Shown: in pieces, positions 1-13,849 of the stretch
How the letters are laid out: the number at the start of each line of letters is the position of its first letter
Position numbering within the stretch: the stretch's first letter is position 1
Notes under the pieces: model-generated
Told to the model about the DNA's origin: nothing
What the model saw: only the letters and a program-made list of their open reading frames with translations
The model's database searches: none
Program-made: the position numbers and the translations under genes
Assembly (NCBI RefSeq): GCF_009914755.1
Contig: NC_060938.1
Source of the DNA: the human T2T-CHM13v2.0 reference genome, Homo sapiens
Length of the DNA: 64,000 nt
Strand: one strand, 5' to 3'

Positions 1-795
1 AGGGAACTCCCGTTTTTTAAAACCATCAGATCTCATGAGAGTCATCCACTATCACAATAACGCACAAAGAAGAACTCCCTCCATGATTTAATCACCTCCC
101 ACTGGGTTTCTCCCACGACACGTGGGAATTGTGGGAGATACAATTCAAGATGAGATTTGTGCAGGGACACAGCCAAACCATATGATTCCAACACTGGCGC
201 CTCTTAAATCTAATGTCCTTACGTTTCAAAACCATTCATGACTTTCCAACAGGCCCCTGAAGTCTTAACTCATTTGAGCCCCAACTCAAAAGTCCACAGC
301 CCATGGTCTTTTCTGAGACAAGGCAACTCCCTTCCATCTATGAGCCTGTAAAATAAAAAACAAGCAAGTTACTTCCTAGGTACAATGGGGGTTCAGGCAT
401 TGTGTAAATACAGCCATTGCAAATGGGAGAAATTGGTCCAAACTGCAGGCCACGTGCAAGTCTGAAATCCAGCTGGGCAGTCAAATCTTAACGTTCCAAA
501 ATAGTCTTCTTTGACTCCATGTCTCAAATCCAGGTTACCGGATGCAACTGGTGGGTTCCCATGGTCTTGGACAGTTCTGCCCTTGTGGCTTTGCAGGGCA
601 CAATCTCCCTTCTGGCTACACTCATGGGCTGTCACTGAGTGTTTCTGGCTCTTCCAGGCACACTGTGCAAGCTGTCAGTGGATCTACCATTCTGGGTTCT
701 GAAGGATGGTGGCTTTCTTCCTACAGTTCCATTAGGTGGTAACCAAGTAGAGACTTTGTGTGGGATTTCTGACCCAGCATTTCCCTGTCGCACTG
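1..795 (-). mobile_element. MaLR (THE1/MST-type) LTR end (about 1-183) plus adjoining internal sequence
   Basis: Typical motifs AAACCATCAGATCTCATGAGA...CAATTCAAGATGAGATTTG...CAGCCAAACCATA, followed by MaLR-int sequence that is the reverse complement of the element at 13850-14540. Subfamily not verified. Confidence 0.75.
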
Positions 796-1422
<627 letters not shown>

Positions 1423-2433
1423 TGTTTCATATTATTCTAATTATTTAACTGAATTTAAATTGTGTTTACAGTTTGAGGTTGTAGTACAAAATGATGCTTT
1501 TCTACGTGTATGTCTGCCTCTACCAATATTAAAAAGACAAATATATTTAAATACGTGTTTTGGTAAAAATGTATGTAAATGCCATTCTTGTCAAATACAT
1601 CACTTAAATGTGCAATGGAATTTATTTTAAATATCTTCTGTTTTTAATAAATTGAATAACCAATAAGACAAACGTCACCTTTAAAATTGTATTATATTAT
1701 TTGTTGAATTTACATTGTAGTTTTCAAACTAGGCAGGAAAAATTGTTTTATTTGAAAAGTTTTGAAAGAAAACTTTTTTGGCATGAATATTCAATACAAA
1801 CTCTAATCTTAATTGCCAGTATTCCTTTAAAATAGAGAAGATCCAGCAATATGAAACTGAACACAGCCCATGATTTCCAGGACTCACTCACAATGGCATC
1901 TTCCTAGAGGGTGGTCTTAGAGAGTCTAAGCACATGGGGATTTGAACGTCATCATCAAAGCACTAGTGAGCCCCAGGGCTGAGCACACACAGGGAAGCAG
2001 GAACTGCAGAGCCCACTCTGTGGTACTTAGGGAAGGGAGGGGATGGGATGAGTGTGATGTGTGCAGGACCCTAGAAAAGGGTGAGGAGGGCAGAGAGTCT
2101 GCAGGTAGACGAGCATATTCTAAGGAGAACTGTTATCCTCCTAAACTTGGTTGGCTTCAGTGGTTATGAAGAGAAGGGAACTGTTCACCAGACTTGGAGG
2201 ACAGAAAGTAAAGGGACTTTCTTTATCCTGCATGGAAACTGAGAAAGAAAAAGACTTTCAAAGAAAAAGGGAAGATGAAGAAATAGTCTGAAAAACAGGA
2301 CACCCGAAGCGAACCAAAGGGGAGAACAAGAGCGTTTAAAGAGGTGTTTAATTTCCAAAAACAGCAAATGAAAGAAAAAGAAACAGAACACCATGCATAT
2401 GCTGAGTTACAGTTAGAAAATATATACAACTGA

Positions 2434-2752
<319 letters not shown>

Positions 2753-3072
2753 GATTTTAAAAATTTTACTATTTTCAAGATAGTATCATTTTACATAAAT
2801 AAAATATATAAATAACCAATTTTAAAAATTGTCCTGAGGGAACATTGCTACTATTACTCGGAAAATCTGCAGAATTAAAAGTTGAATTAAATCCCTGTTC
2901 TAACTTAATGTTTTGTAGGTAAAAAAAAATCATGGATTTACAAAGAAGAAATGGTGAGAGATCCTGGGGAAGACTTTTGCTTGACCAGGTCGGGAATCAC
3001 CAAGGTTTAAAACGAAATCACAGCCTCTCAGGCTCCTGATGTGGAGCTGCTTCCTAAGAGAACCCCCGTGTA

Positions 3073-3341
3073 CTGAGCGCCCCCTGGTGGTTCTGAGTGC
3101 CCCTGGTGTCATGAGCGCCCCCTCGTGGTACTGAGGGCACTCTGATATCCTGAGCACCCCTGATGCTTCTGAGCGCCCCCAGGTGTCCTGAGCGCCCCCT
3201 GGTGGTTCTGAGAGCCCCCTGATGTCCTGAGCACCCCTCATGGTTCTGAGAGCCCCCGATGTCCTGAGCACCCCTCATGGTTCTGAGCACCCCCAGGTGT
3301 CCTGAGCTCCTCCTGATGGTCCTGACTGCCCCTTTGTGGTT
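3073..3341 (-). repeat. Degenerate 18-20 bp minisatellite (about 14 units) of CTCF-motif-like monomers, downstream of the IGHV3-57 RSS
   Basis: Units begin CTGAG. Units at 3073-3092 and 3188-3207 read AACCACCAGGGGGCGCTCAG on the minus strand. Confidence 0.85.
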
Positions 3342-3427
3342 ATGAGGAGCATCTACCATGCAGTTCCCTCCTGTCTCTCTGCAGAGATTTTTGTGTCTGG
3401 GCTCACACAGATATTCCCTCTCCTGTG

Positions 3428-3856
3428 TCCCTCACAGTAATACACAGCCTTGTCCTTGGCTTTCAGGTTGGTCATTGTAAGGTAGACTGCACATGAAAAG
3501 GTGTCGCTTGGGACTGTTAATTTATTTGTACTCATGGAGAGTAACTCTGAGAACTCCCACTTGATCACTCACTGTTTCCACCCACACCAATCCCTGTCAT
3601 GAAGCCTGCTGGACCAAGCTCATGCTGTAGCCAGTAAAGGTGAAATCAGAGGCTTTGCAGGAGAGTCTCAGTGAACCACTGGGCTGTACAATTTTCTGCC
3701 TCTGACTCCATCAATAAACTTCACACAGGACTTCTGCAAACACTGAGGAAATGGAAGAACGGCCCCATGTGGAACAGCCGCAGCTGGACCTGATTCACAA
3801 GGGACACTAATATTGAGGGTGATGAGAAGGGAAGCCCAGATCAGTGCAGACCCCAT
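3428..3856 (-). pseudogene. IGHV3-57: IGHV3-57 pseudogene (leader about 3811-3856; V exon 3428-3733)
   Basis: Leader MGSALIWASLLITLN; V begins GAAGTTTATTGATGGAGTC with frameshifts and stops; FR3 ends KAKDKAVYYCEG; heptamer CACAGGA at 3421-3427. Name from recalled sequence and position next to IGHV1-58. Confidence 0.85.
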
Positions 3857-4269
3857 GGTGTGGACACTGATCAAGGGAATATACATGGGGTGGCTCCTCA
3901 CCAGGGCCTGAAGGAACAGGGGATGAGCTGCCTTTCATGAGGAGGGGAGGGGACACATTGCCATGTCTTTCCTTTTGTGGTCATGGGTGCACTGCTCAGC
4001 ATTGCTCATCCTTCCTCTGTGTCTCCATTTCGGAAGGGCAGGATCAAAGGACTCCTGGGTCTGGATGCACAGGGTTAATCTGCTTATTACTCTTTCTTAT
4101 TCTCTCGTATGGACAGTGTTCGGGTATCTTCATAGTAGCAAACATTATTAAAAAATATGTCCAGTAAGAACATAAAAATACATTTCCAGAGAAAAGGGAT
4201 AAATTTCTCACAAAACAGTTAAATATTGGATATAGGTGCTTGTGTAAGGAAACAGTCAATGTGGAAATC

Positions 4270-4532
4270 CACAGACTTATCTGACTGAAGACATGTTTGC
4301 TTGTCTGAGACAAGAGACCACATGATGCAATGTCTGTTTTCTGAGGAAATAGTAAATGTAAGGACAAATGTTGTAATCTGAGGAAAGAGTCCACGTGGGG
4401 ACATGTGTGTTTGTCTGAGGGAAGAATCCACATGAGTAAAGGTGTGTTTGTCTGACAGAAGAGCCCCCATGTTGACAGGTGTGTGTACCCATCTGAGGGT
4501 AAATGCCCATTCAGGGACAGTGTATGCCTGAC
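4270..4532. repeat. Degenerate tandem repeat of about 37 bp, about 7 copies
   Basis: TCTGA(G) anchors at about 4304, 4340, 4377, 4414, 4451, 4492 and 4527; best unit GTCCACGTGGGGACATGTGTGTTTGTCTGAGGGAAGA. Confidence 0.7.
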
Positions 4533-6836
4533 GTGTGCTGAAGCTTGTAGAAAATCTTTCTCAACCAAGGAAAGAAAAGAATCCTATGAGTTATTTGCTT
4601 GACAGAAGGAAAAAAATACTGGATCACGTAGAAATTTTTTTTTATTAAAGGTCTTTAGTGAATGGTAACATCTTACATGCAAATGAGGAAAATGCCTTCA
4701 TTCTTTGTTGCATATGTCTCATGATATCCCCACCCTCATCAAATAAGTTATTAGATAATTTTACACAGTCTTGTTTAACCCTGGGGTTAATGAACTGCTA
4801 AAGTTTTTTTACAAAAATTGTATATATTTAGGTTTATATTTTCTGTCACAAAAGTATGAGCTTAGCCAAATTAATTGTGTTGTGTCTCAACCATTGTATA
4901 TCACTAAAAACAATTTTACTCTTCTTAAACAGTGCCATTTTTACTTATTTTATACCCACTCTCTAAATTCCTTGAATATCCTCTATATGTTTACCGGACT
5001 ATAGTTTTGGCTTTGAAAGAATTTCAAATAAATGACATTATACATTGTCATTGAAATGACTTCACTGAGGAGAGTGGAAAATGAAGTTGCTGACCTAAGC
5101 AACTTTGAAAATGAAGAAATTCTATAAGTTTACAGTGTAAAGAAACTGCACATAAGCAGTCTGTTCTAGTAGATAAACATGTTTCCAACGAGCTTTACAT
5201 TTCTGATACTGCTATGCATGTGTCCTGAAATTGTGCAGCTAAGTAATAAAATGGCATATGGTGGGATGGGGTTCCTCACTTTGCAGTGGGTGGTTATGGA
5301 CAGTGAGGGAAGGAAGGCTGGAAACATCCATATGGTAGCATAGTTGGATGGAGACACCAGTGTGTTCTCATTTTTAATGTAATCACATTACAGAGGATTA
5401 GATACATAAATAGTTTCGATGTGTCCATAAACTTGGGTTCCTATAAACATGCCCATTTACTAGGCCAATTGGTGGAGATATCCTAGAAGAAGTACTGATA
5501 CCACATTAACAACACACATACCCAGGATCACATTTTTAAATTTCAATACTGTTCTTTAACATGAAAAACAAGCAGTCTTTAGAAAAATGGCTGATTCTAT
5601 GTACAAAAAAGGTAACGTAGAGAACAAGCTTAGAATTTATTGTAATACTTGGAAACAGGGAAATGTCTAAAAACAAAAAGATGAGGTGTGCTGTAAGGAT
5701 GCAGGATCCAAACTAAATGAGCTCCCAGCACCTAATAAAGCTGTGGTGTTTTGAACAATAAAACAAGTAATGTAACAAGGATCTTCTTCGGAGTATGAAA
5801 TAGACATCCATAAACCAATAGGAACATCAATAGATGACTAAATAAAGAAATAATGGGAAGGACACATCTCCTTACAGAAGTATTCCAAATGTCTCAGGTG
5901 GATAGTCCTCCAATCAGGTAGGGAAGGTTAAACACTCATGAGTTGATTGTGTCCTAAGATTAGAGACATGGAAAAAATAATGACTATTGTGTCTTTTACA
6001 ATGAGATTTCAGATATACTGCCAAAGACATGATCTTTAAATGAATAAAAATGTACATTTTTAAAATCTAAATTTGTACATACACAGGCACACACACACAC
6101 AAACATTTTTCTGCAATACACAGGGATAAGGGAGTAAAAGACAACTGCAGACTTGGAGAAAAAAATTCCAAGATGCATATTTGTTAAATGAATTATTTTA
6201 ATTTGTTAAATGACTTTTATAATCAATATGCAAGCATACTTACAACTGATAAAAAATGCATTTAAAAAATGAACCAAATATCACGAGAGGCATCTCACCA
6301 AAAATTATATAAAAATTGTTAAATATGAATTTTTTAGGGACATGTGCATTTAAATAAAAATTAGATACCGTTACTCACCTATTAGAATGGTTAAAACACA
6401 CAACACTCTTAATGACAAATGACAACTTGAATGAGGAAAACCAAGAACTATCATGCATTGACGGTGGGAATTCAAAATGGGGCATGCACAAAATAAGATT
6501 CTTTTTGGCATTTTTTAAAAATAGAGATAAAAGTAGAGTAAAAATGTGATCTTGTGTCTGTGTTCCAAAATATTTACAACACTGATTCAGAAATTGATGT
6601 TTACGAAGATGCCTTCAGAGGATGTCTATATCAGCTTTATTAATTTGATTCATATTCCAATCCCTGAAATAGCTTACAGAATAAATGTTGTATGAAAAAT
6701 CTCTCAATTAAAATTTCACAAATACACATTTATGTTGTTCCTCTTCTTTAATGACTTGAAGTCGTTTTCTAAGAAAATCTTCAATCTAATAACCTTTGTC
6801 ATCCCCTCCATGCCAGTACAGCTGCCTCCTTCCTGG

Positions 6837-6875
6837 CGTTTCTGACACTCTCAGGATGTGGGTTTTCACACTGTG
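6837..6875 (-). other. IGHV1-58 23-RSS (CACAGTG - 23 bp - TCAGAAACG)
   Basis: Heptamer 6869-6875, nonamer 6837-6845. Confidence 0.95.
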
Positions 6876-7313
6876 TCTGCCGCACAGTAATACACGGCCG
6901 TGTCCTCGGATCTCAGGCTGCTCAGCTCCATGTAGGCTGTGCTTGTGGACATGTCCCTGGTAATGGTGACTCTTTCCTGGAACTTCTGTGCGTAGTTTGT
7001 GTTACCACTGCCAACGACGATCCATCCTATCCACTCAAGGCGTTGTCCACGAGCCTGTCGCACCCACTGCACAGCAGAGCTAGTAAAGGTGAATCCAGAA
7101 GCCTTGCAGGAGACCTTCACTGAGGTCCCAGGCTTCTTCACCTCAGGCCCAGACTGCACCAGCTGCATTTGGGAGTGGGCACCTGTGGAGAGAACACAGG
7201 AGTGGATGAAAGCCACCTTGACTGGACTCAATCCCCTCCTCATCACTGGGACTTGGCATCTCCTTGCCTGTCGCTGCTCCCACCAAGAAGAGGATCCTCC
7301 AAATCCAGTCCAT
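6876..7313 (-). CDS. IGHV1-58: Ig heavy variable 1-58, *01-like (leader exon 7268-7313; V exon 6876-7182)
   Basis: [55 protein letters not shown]...[17 protein letters not shown]...YYCAA; open frame; GC-AG intron. Confidence 0.97.
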
Positions 7314-7395
7314 AGTGAGGAACTGTGCCGTCAGGGGCTTCTCTAGCGGAGGGATGTGGTTTCTGGATGATGCTCTCAGGGCTGACAAATATCCA

Positions 7396-7437
7396 TATTT
7401 ACCTCAGTGCATCTCAGGTTATTTGCATATTCATGAG
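7396..7437 (-). promoter_or_regulatory. IGHV1-58 promoter: TATA-like box, octamer and heptamer element
   Basis: TAAATA 7396-7401, ATGCAAAT 7421-7428 and CTCATGA 7431-7437 on the minus strand. Confidence 0.9.
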
Positions 7438-8274
7438 TCAGAGCATTTCATAGCTGAAGACCCTGATTTGGGATAAGAAAGGGAAGGTAAATGACACATC
7501 AGCCTTACAAGAGTGGGATGCTGATGCTCCAAGCCCTAATCCTCCTTGAGGAAATGCATGCCCTGCTCCATTTACAAACTTTTGGTGGCCAGACGTCCTT
7601 TCACTGAAGACCAAGCACCCAGAGCACATGTTCCTCCCTGTGAACCCATATTTGATTAGCGTAGAGACCACCTGGATGATTTCTGGAACAATCACTCTCC
7701 ATGACACTGAGAAGGTGCCTTGACCCCATCCTAGTCCCATCAGGCACCAGCACAGCTCACTGGTTACTCTGAGAAAGTGACTGCTGATGTCCCACGTGAG
7801 TGTCCAGCAGGTCCCCCTGAGATCATCTGGGCGCTCCTGAGACAGTGTCTCCAGCACCTGCCTGGAATCCTGATCCACCATGATCCTCAATAGAAACACT
7901 CCTGGTTTACAGATTTGCCCTGTGATGTACAATTAGAGCTGAATTTCTCATCTCATGGACAACAGGAATCAGAAGACGTAAGAGAAGTTTGGGGTTCCTG
8001 ATGAACTCACTGCTCCCAAAATAATCGCCAAGGAATTTGTGTTTTGGATAAGTTTGGGTTTTATTTCCTACTCCATTTAATAGAATTTCATGAACTGTTT
8101 ACTTACTTTCAGTTCATATCCATAGATCCTCATCTTTCCATATTGATTTCTGACTCACTAGGTCTGTGCACCTGCCACACTCTCAGATCCACCACTGCCC
8201 TGTCACTCACACAATGTAGGCAACATTACTTAACACTGAAATCTGAATTTTTTATTCATAGGAACATAGTGACT

Positions 8275-8443
8275 CCCACAATTCTGTATCCTTTCAATTA
8301 GTGAAACCATTCCTATCCTTTATATCCTCACTATTAAGATACTTGCAGTCCTCGGAACCCCACAATTCTGTATCCTTTCAATTAGTAAAACCATTCCTAT
8401 CCTTTATATCCTCACTATTAAGATACTTGCAGTCCTCGGAACC
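8275..8443. repeat. 84-bp tandem duplication (2 copies, 1 mismatch)
   Basis: CCACAATTCTGTATCC...GTCCTCGGAACC repeated with period 84. Confidence 0.95.
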
Positions 8444-10974
8444 GACTTTAAAACACAGTTCTGGTTGCCTTCAGTTATAGGAAAGGCTCTGACGGAACAG
8501 GATACTTAAAGACACATCAGCAACTTCTTGAACACTTAGGATTTTTTTTGTTGCCAAAGGAAGACACAGGCGCTGAGAGGGAACCTCGTCCCCAGCCTCC
8601 TGTGCACCCCTCCGGGGATGGAACCTGTGCTGGGCGGCTCCTGCGCGCCCCCTCCAGCCCAGCCCTTGCCTTGCAAGGAAGTTCCTGTGGGGCTCATAAA
8701 GCATTTTCCACCAGCTTCCCTCGCCTAACATGAAATGGCTTTGTCCTGGTTTAGAATACTCCTTCAGTGACAGCATACGCTGCTGACACCATCTCTTCAA
8801 ACAATTGATTAGCCTTACTAAATCTAATGAACTCAAAGCAAGGATGCTATGACACAGGAGGGAGCCCCTTCTCTGAAGCTCCAGTTGCACTGAATCAGTG
8901 GATAATGAATCCAAAATCTTACAGGAGATTTGGGTGTGCCTTGGTTCTTGCAGTTGAATGTTGCATCTGAGATTTCCAGCAGGTGCAGATGCTTTCAGAT
9001 GAGAGCACACTTCATATCCACTATTCCAATAACACACGTTTTCCCTTCCTTCTTGTGCCTCATCTGTAGAAAGTGCCTCCCACATTGACACTAGGCCCAG
9101 GTGTCTGACATTTTTCTCCTAGAGATCTAAAGCAAACAGGATACAAGCGGAGACTTCGGAAGTGCATGCAGGTTGTTATTTTCTTTGTCTCAGTTAAGAA
9201 TCTTGGAAAGTCTTCATGATAAAAGAAGCTGAGGTGAATGAGGGAGTTTCCAAGATCTTGTTTTTAAAAATGTTCACGTCAGAGGCTTCATATTGCTCTA
9301 CTGTCCTTGTCTAACTCCCTGCCATTGCTTTTTTAGTGTCCCTATGTTCTCCTCAGAGACTGTGCATTGGCACACTCTCATATTTAATCCAGAGCCATCA
9401 TCCTGGTTAGAAAGGATTGTGCAGTGCGGGTCAGCACTGCTTGTTCTGACCATGGAAACCTAGAGACTCAATCAGATTCCTTTTCTGGGCTGTGACCTTG
9501 ACCAGGCATCTCCAGGGGAAAAGCTGAATTTTCATCTTTACTCCTTTTTGTGGCTTCAGTTTCCCTGGACTATTTGCTTACATCTTACCCTATTGGCTAA
9601 ACTTACTCATTTGTATAATAATGGAGGAAGTGGGGAGGGATCTGGAATGGGCAGATTTTTCTTCCCTTCACATAGTATGAGGTTCTGGAAAAGTTCTTCC
9701 CTGTAGGATCTTTTGGAGAAGGCTCCTGATATATTTTTCAGTAATTAAACTTCCCCAGTTATGACCCATAGGAAACATATTTGGATTGTATTTTTTAGAT
9801 TCTGGAGATTTCTAGAGGGAAATTCCAGAAGACTGAGGAGAGTGCGGCCCTCTGGAACTGTCATTTCACCCTAGTCCACATCTGTCTTGCAGACGTCTAT
9901 AGTGCTAACCACGTAAGTGCCTTCAACAGCTTGTGGCTTCTGAAACTTCTCTTCCAGTTAAGCAACCATCAACTGCTATTCTGGACATGCCCATCTCTCT
10001 AGTTTTTGGGGTGGTAATTTAAAAAATGGAATTTCATTCATTTGATGGATTCTAAAATGTATTGAAGATCAGATTGTGCAGATGACTCTTGGCATAAGAA
10101 TGAGGGTGATGACTTTTGTAATCTTTACACTTTGGAGCAAAGACCAAAAGTACAACCATAGGTCCTTTTCATGTGTTACTGGAGGCAGGATTCTAACCTG
10201 ATTACATAGATGTGGCACCTGGTCTGACATAAATGAACAGGCAAGAAAACAAGAAAGGACATGGCACAACGCTTATGAAAAAGTCTCTGCAATTTTAATT
10301 TTCTCATGAGGAAGCGGAAATTGTGAAAGTGTAACAGTGTGACTGGTCATTTCTCAGGTGATGTGTTCTGGAAAGTTTCTCCAATCCTGGGCTGGATCCA
10401 GTAGGTGTACTCAGGCACCCAAGCCTGAAACAGGGACTCTTATTCCTTAAACAGAAGACATTCCAATGAGAAAGCTGTTCTCAGGTGAGTTGCAGAGCAT
10501 GGAGGAGGAGATAGAGGCGTCCTTGGCTTCCCAGAATTGCTGAAACTTGAAGACCAAGGCCAGGATAGATAAGACCTTTCCCAGAGAAGCAAAAACTAAA
10601 GGAGTTATTCAACGCTGGGCCTGCCTTAAATACCAATCAGTGCAAATTTAGAAAGTTGAAGACATAGAGTAATGTTGGTGTGGTTTTCTGTGGCATACTT
10701 AGGAGACAGCAGAAGATGGTCAGTGGTCAGTCTCCATCCAACTGGTACTCATTGTTCATCAGTTATGTCCTAATAAATGATAAAAGGCAACTTTTGTGAC
10801 AAAGCCCCCAGGGCTTCTTTAAAAGACCTTGCCCAGAAATTGGCCAACAGGGACATGACAAATTTTTATATCAGAACTACTATTTTTTGCCTACTTTATG
10901 TGGAAATCTGAGAGATGTGCCCAGCCCCAGCGGGCTGATTCTGCATCCAGGGGACAGCGCTAACAGAGTTATGT

Positions 10975-11365
10975 GGTATTAGTCTGTCTGGATCTTCATA
11001 AGAAGACAACAGGAGTGGGTGGCTTAAACAACAAATATTGATTTTCTTAAAATTCTGCAGTCTGAATGTTGAAGATCAATGTTCTGGCAGGGTTGGTTCT
11101 TGGTGAGGCTTCTTCCTGGCTTGCACTGGGCCACCTTCTAGTGCATTACGTCTCCACATGGCCTCTTCTCTGCCTGCACGTGAAAAGTGAGAGGTCTCTG
11201 GTGTCTCTTCCTCTTCTTATAAAGACGACACGTCTGTTGAATTAGAGTCTTACACTTATGACCACATTTAACCTTAATTATTTCATTAAAATTCCAATAT
11301 ACATCAATTGAATTTAAGGTTTCTGCATATGAATTTCAAAGAGGGCACAATTCAGTTGATGACAC
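10975..11365 (-). mobile_element. MLT1-type MaLR LTR (paralog at about 22845-23235)
   Basis: TATTAGTCTG...GGGTGGCTTAAACAACAAATATTGATTTTCT...GTGTCTCTTCCTCTTCTTATAAAGAC. Confidence 0.7.
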
Positions 11366-11391
11366 AAATCAAGAGATGCTGAGAAGCGTTA

Positions 11392-12199
<808 letters not shown>

Positions 12200-12304
12200 G
12201 TTCTTGCACAGGAGGTCCAGGACTCTCAGAAAGTATTTCCCATGTGAGCTGGAACCTGAATTTAAGGAAATGTGTGGTGGTTTCCTGTGGGTGCTTAAGT
12301 GAGG

Positions 12305-12312
12305 ATTTGCAT
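12305..12312 (-). promoter_or_regulatory. IGHV4-59 octamer ATGCAAAT
   Basis: ATTTGCAT on the plus strand, about 105 bp upstream of the ATG. Confidence 0.9.
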
Positions 12313-13849
12313 GTGGGTGGTGCCTTTGTATGGAGAGGTGAAAAAGGAGGAGGGAGGCCCCAGTCTTTTGGGCTCGCCCTGGGAGTAGGATGCTGGCTGT
12401 GCCCTTTGAGAACTCAGTTGTCTTCTTGGGGTCTCCCCTCTCCAAGCCCAGAGTCCTCTTCTTTCAGGTAAAGAGACGTGCTGAAGGACCTGGTCTGGGA
12501 GATGAGTGTGATCATGGATCAAGGACAGATTTTGGAATATGGTCAATATTGTTCTACCCTTGAAGATTCATATAAATTGTCATCTAAATTGTCATTTACT
12601 ACTTCAGACACATTGAAACAGCAGCTGAATGTAATAATGACAGTGACTTCAAACAATCCTGGATCCATCCAATGTTTATTGTAGTTCAGAACATCCACCA
12701 TGGTTATAGGGAAGCTCCCTGTCCCTGGAAGTGGGTCATTTTTTAAAAGCACCTGAGAGCTGTCCTTCTGTGTCCTTTTGAAATCTGGGATTCTGTCTGA
12801 GATCTCAGGAGAAGGTAGTGGGACATATCTACATCCTTCTCAATGTGTGACCTTGAAGATGTGTCCTGGCCTCTAAACACTTCTGATTGAAAATATGTAG
12901 ATTGGGGATTGCAGTGAGAACTTCAGACAAAAACTCTATAACAGGTCAGCACTGGAGGATAGTCTCATGAAGATCATGAAGATTAGTGCGATTACCTTTC
13001 CTGGGAACCAGAGAGGAACTCTGTGACCCCTTCCCTCTGAGAGCACAAGGAACTCTGATCCTTCCCTGACAGGACACACTTGTGAAACATGGCTGGACAA
13101 TGACACTCAAGTCCAGAGTCCTTACCCACATATTTATCATTTCAGATCCATCTGTCTCTGAAAGACTTTCTCCTCCATTGAATTGCATGAACATACCCTA
13201 GGATGTGTGGTATTGCAACTTGGACATTTGACATTAGTTTGGTGAATTATATAATAAATAATCTATCTCCATGGATGTGGGTAACAGGAGAGTCATCAGA
13301 AGTTTGAAGTGTTTTAAAATCAGAACAAACCTGGGCTTTCTTGTTAGGACGTGAACAACTGGGCTGACCTGTGGGACAACAGAGGGAAAGAGACAGACCC
13401 CACACCAGAGCCAGGTGAACTCCTTACCTACCGGATGGTCTCTGGGCATTTTGTTTGAACAGATCGAGAAGGAGCTTCCTCACACTCAGGAGAATTATGA
13501 ACATTGAGGGAAATTGATATAAGTTTTTATTTACAGAGAATAATTCATAGGCTTGTGGACATCTATGTGGGTGTGTGCAGGGTTGCTAAGATATGCTTAT
13601 ACACAGAACAGAAAGAATTATATTTCATGGAAAGAAAAGCAAAGAGCTTCTGAATTTGTAGGTATTGTTTGCCACAAATGTGTGAGATCACTAGATCATG
13701 TTATGATGGTGGAGATAAAACTTCCCAACATTGTCATGGAGACAAATTGCAAAAGAGTAAAGATTCAAGTGAGATTCCTTTGAAAAATACCAGTAATGAA
13801 CAGGCCAAAAAAATGAACCATTATGGAAAGAGTGCTAAGAATTGGGGTT

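Noticed and set aside
4044-4568. 174-aa ORF
   Set aside because: It overlaps the degenerate 37-bp repeat and has no recognisable domain or gene structure.
8471-9091. 206-aa ORF
   Set aside because: No recognisable protein family; probably a chance open frame over decayed V-flank sequence.
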